A stretch of DNA of 64,000 bases, from positions 393,390,001 through 393,454,000 of the forward strand of contig OZ024740.1 of assembly GCA_964016885.1 (NCBI GenBank), given 5' to 3'. Within the stretch, counting starts at the first letter, position 1. Every line of letters starts with the position of its first letter. Below, piece after piece: positions 61,587 to 64,000 of this stretch. The DNA is from Eledone cirrhosa (lineage: Eukaryota). The position numbers were made by a program, and so were the translations under genes. Below the pieces are notes generated by a model. It worked only from the letters and a program-made list of their open reading frames with translations. It did no database searches and was not told the origin of the DNA.

Positions 61587-63260
61587 ATGGATGTGGTGTC
61601 ACTGTACCCATCCATTAACATTGATTTTGCTGTGAAAAGATGTGTGGAGATGATCATTGAGAGTGAGGTGGAGTTCTGCGACGTCGACACAGACGAACTG
61701 GGCCTCCTACTTAGACTTACCTACGACACTGACTACCTAGACAGCCATGACCTTAGATGTTTCTGCCCGAGTAGACCTATAAGAGGTAGACCCCCCACCA
61801 TAACTTCAATGGCTAAAAAGACTCCCATAGGAAGGTGGATTGGATGGACCAAAGCCATACGGACCCCCCAAAACACTGATCAGGTAAGAAAAATGGTCGC
61901 ACATGCAATAGGGGCTAGTACCAAAACTACCCTAAAGGGCCACATATTTAAGTTCAATGAGAAAATCTACACCCAAAATGAGGGAGCAGCCATCGGCGTC
62001 AGCATAGCTGGTGATGTTGCCAACCTTTTCATGGTATGGTGGGAAAGGAGACTTAAAGATCTCCTTAATGAAAGTTCCATAGACCTCATCATGTACTCTC
62101 GTTATGTAGATGATATCAATATAGTTATAAGAACACCCCCACTAGAGAGCACTAACAAGTTCGATTTAGAACGTAGCACGATGGAAAGCATCCAGCAGAT
62201 AGCTAATTCCATACACCAGAGTATAACTGTAACTATAGACTTCCCTTCCAAACACCCTAACAATAGACTACCTGTATTAGACACAGAACTCTGGATTAAC
62301 ACTATAGACGAGAGAGCCCAAATTCTCCACTCACACTATGCTAAACCCATGGCCTCCAAATACCTGATACTCAAAAACTCAGCAATGTCCAGTAGTGCTA
62401 AGTTTAATATTCTGATCGCAGATTTGGTACGAGTGATGAAGAATGTGTCCAGCATGTGCGACCCAACAGAAATGGAAGGACACATCCAACACTTCATCAA
62501 CCGCATGCAGTTCTCTGGCTACAACCAAAGAGACAGAGTCAGAGTATACGAAGGAGCCATGGAAAAGTATAAGACCCTCATAGAACTGGACATGAAAGGA
62601 ATCTGCCCACTATACAGGAGCAAATCATGGAATAGCTTAGATAGGGCTAGACATAAGATAGGGAAGGCCACATCATGGTACGACAACCAGAGATATCAGA
62701 GTGTCATGTTTGTGGACGCCACCCCTGGAGGGAAATTAGCTAACCAGTGTAGAAAGGCCCTGAGAAAGACCCACTTAAAAATAAAGGTGGTAGAAAAGCC
62801 AGGAACCACCATAAAATCCCTGATCAGCAAAACCTACCCTTTTAAGAAAACCCACTGTACCAATAGGAAGTGTATCATATGTAAGGTGAACCCCCGGATA
62901 AACTGTAAAACTAGAAACGTAGTCTATAGCATAAGATGTACAGAGTGTACTTGCAGAAACATGACAACAACATACATAGGTGAGACAGCTCGTAGCATAG
63001 GTGAAAGGATAGACCAACACTGGGGGGAACTAAAAGGACGAAAAAACGGGTCAGTACTATACGAACATGCTAGACAACAACATGACGGTAACATAGACAA
63101 CATAGAAATTAGAATAATATCTAAACATAGGAATGACCCAGCAGATAGGCAAATCAGAGAGGCCAGTGAAATAGAAATTAGAAGACCAAAGCTAAACAGA
63201 AAGAATGAGTGGAACAACAACAACACCCAAACAAACAACACTGACCTAAGAGAAGTATAA
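61587..63260 (+). CDS. PLE reverse transcriptase (motif A onward) plus C-terminal GIY-YIG endonuclease, open frame, 5'-truncated
   Basis: DVVSLYPSI, GAAIGVSIAGDVANLFM, YSRYVDD and LPVLD; C-x4-C-x2-C linker; VVYSIRC...YIGETARSIGERIDQH...RQIREASEI...LNRKNE. Confidence 0.93.
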   Translation: MDVVSLYPSINIDFAVKRCVEMIIESEVEFCDVDTDELGLLLRLTYDTDYLDSHDLRCFCPSRPIRGRPPTITSMAKKTPIGRWIGWTKAIRTPQNTDQVRKMVAHAIGASTKTTLKGHIFKFNEKIYTQNEGAAIGVSIAGDVANLFMVWWERRLKDLLNESSIDLIMYSRYVDDINIVIRTPPLESTNKFDLERSTMESIQQIANSIHQSITVTIDFPSKHPNNRLPVLDTELWINTIDERAQILHSHYAKPMASKYLILKNSAMSSSAKFNILIADLVRVMKNVSSMCDPTEMEGHIQHFINRMQFSGYNQRDRVRVYEGAMEKYKTLIELDMKGICPLYRSKSWNSLDRARHKIGKATSWYDNQRYQSVMFVDATPGGKLANQCRKALRKTHLKIKVVEKPGTTIKSLISKTYPFKKTHCTNRKCIICKVNPRINCKTRNVVYSIRCTECTCRNMTTTYIGETARSIGERIDQHWGELKGRKNGSVLYEHARQQHDGNIDNIEIRIISKHRNDPADRQIREASEIEIRRPKLNRKNEWNNNNTQTNNTDLREV

Positions 63261-63845
63261 ATAAGTAAATAAAATAAAATAAAATAAGATAAATAAATAC
63301 ATACACAAGCACAATAACAACAAGCACATAAACACACACTAGTCACCCAGCAGACACAACACTATACACACTAGTCACACATCACACATAACACTATACA
63401 CACACGCAAACGCATGCGCAAAGAAGACAAAAAAAAAAAAAAAATAAGATAAACAAACAAGCAAATAAATAAATAAATATATAGACAGACTGAATAAAAA
63501 ATGGCGTAGGCATACAACACAACAGGAGGAACAATGAATATAACACCACTGACGATGTTGCAGATGTGCAACGAAAGATTTATGTAAATTATGTAAACTA
63601 TATATATATATATGTGTTTGTGTCTATATTGTATCTGTATTATTTTTGACCACCGGTCAGTCAATGGCAACATTGAGGACCGAGTAAGTTAGATCGCAGA
63701 TATAATAAAAGACAGCGAGAAGCGAAAACCAACCAAACAGTGAGTGTGTTCTGTTATTAATTCTGGCAATATTACGCAAATATGACCCTCCCCAAGTATA
63801 ACAATATCTGTTTCGACACACGATTTCATATAAAAAACCTCGCAA

Positions 63846-63923
<78 letters not shown>

Positions 63924-64000
63924 TAGCATGTCTTTAGCAGAGATGATAGGAAGTGATTGTTCTTTAAGACATCAGCTTAGAAAGAACAACTATTTTTCTT

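Larger units (their letters stand above)
59197..63848. mobile_element. Head-to-head inverted pair of 5'-truncated Penelope-like retroelements inserted in (TA)n
   Basis: 59197-61450 is the reverse complement of 61548-63806, with a ~97-bp spacer. (TA)n lies at 59153-59196 and 63849-63885. Confidence 0.95.

Noticed and set aside
61181-61690. 169-aa ORF crossing the palindrome centre as a novel gene
   Set aside because: Chimera of right-arm antisense sequence and the left-arm PLE frame, created by the junction.

Overview
AT-rich, microsatellite-laden animal genomic DNA. The SINE/RTE repertoire and (TA)n/(CA)n density suggest an octopus or other cephalopod, but this is inference. No host protein-coding gene can be called with confidence, and most ORFs in the track are microsatellite translations or antisense shadows. 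The window is dominated by mobile elements: several RTE-clade LINEs with a C4HC3 PHD finger inserted inside the RT region, a CR1/Jockey-group 3' fragment, an R4/Dong-like RLE retrotransposon remnant, at least three SINE families, TTAA-bounded MITEs and Penelope-like elements (PLEs). The most notable observations are: (i) a ~4.65-kb head-to-head inverted PLE pair (RT + GIY-YIG) inserted in (TA)n, whose arms differ by mostly synonymous changes clustered near the junction; (ii) five to six type I hammerhead-ribozyme motifs, mostly in PLE or PLE-like cassettes; (iii) a ~570-bp internally deleted RTE derivative with an HDV-like 5' motif and a C2H2-finger 3' end; (iv) a recursive-splice-site-like motif (YnCAG|GTAAGT) on the minus strand. 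All calls are by-eye pattern recognition; no database search was run.
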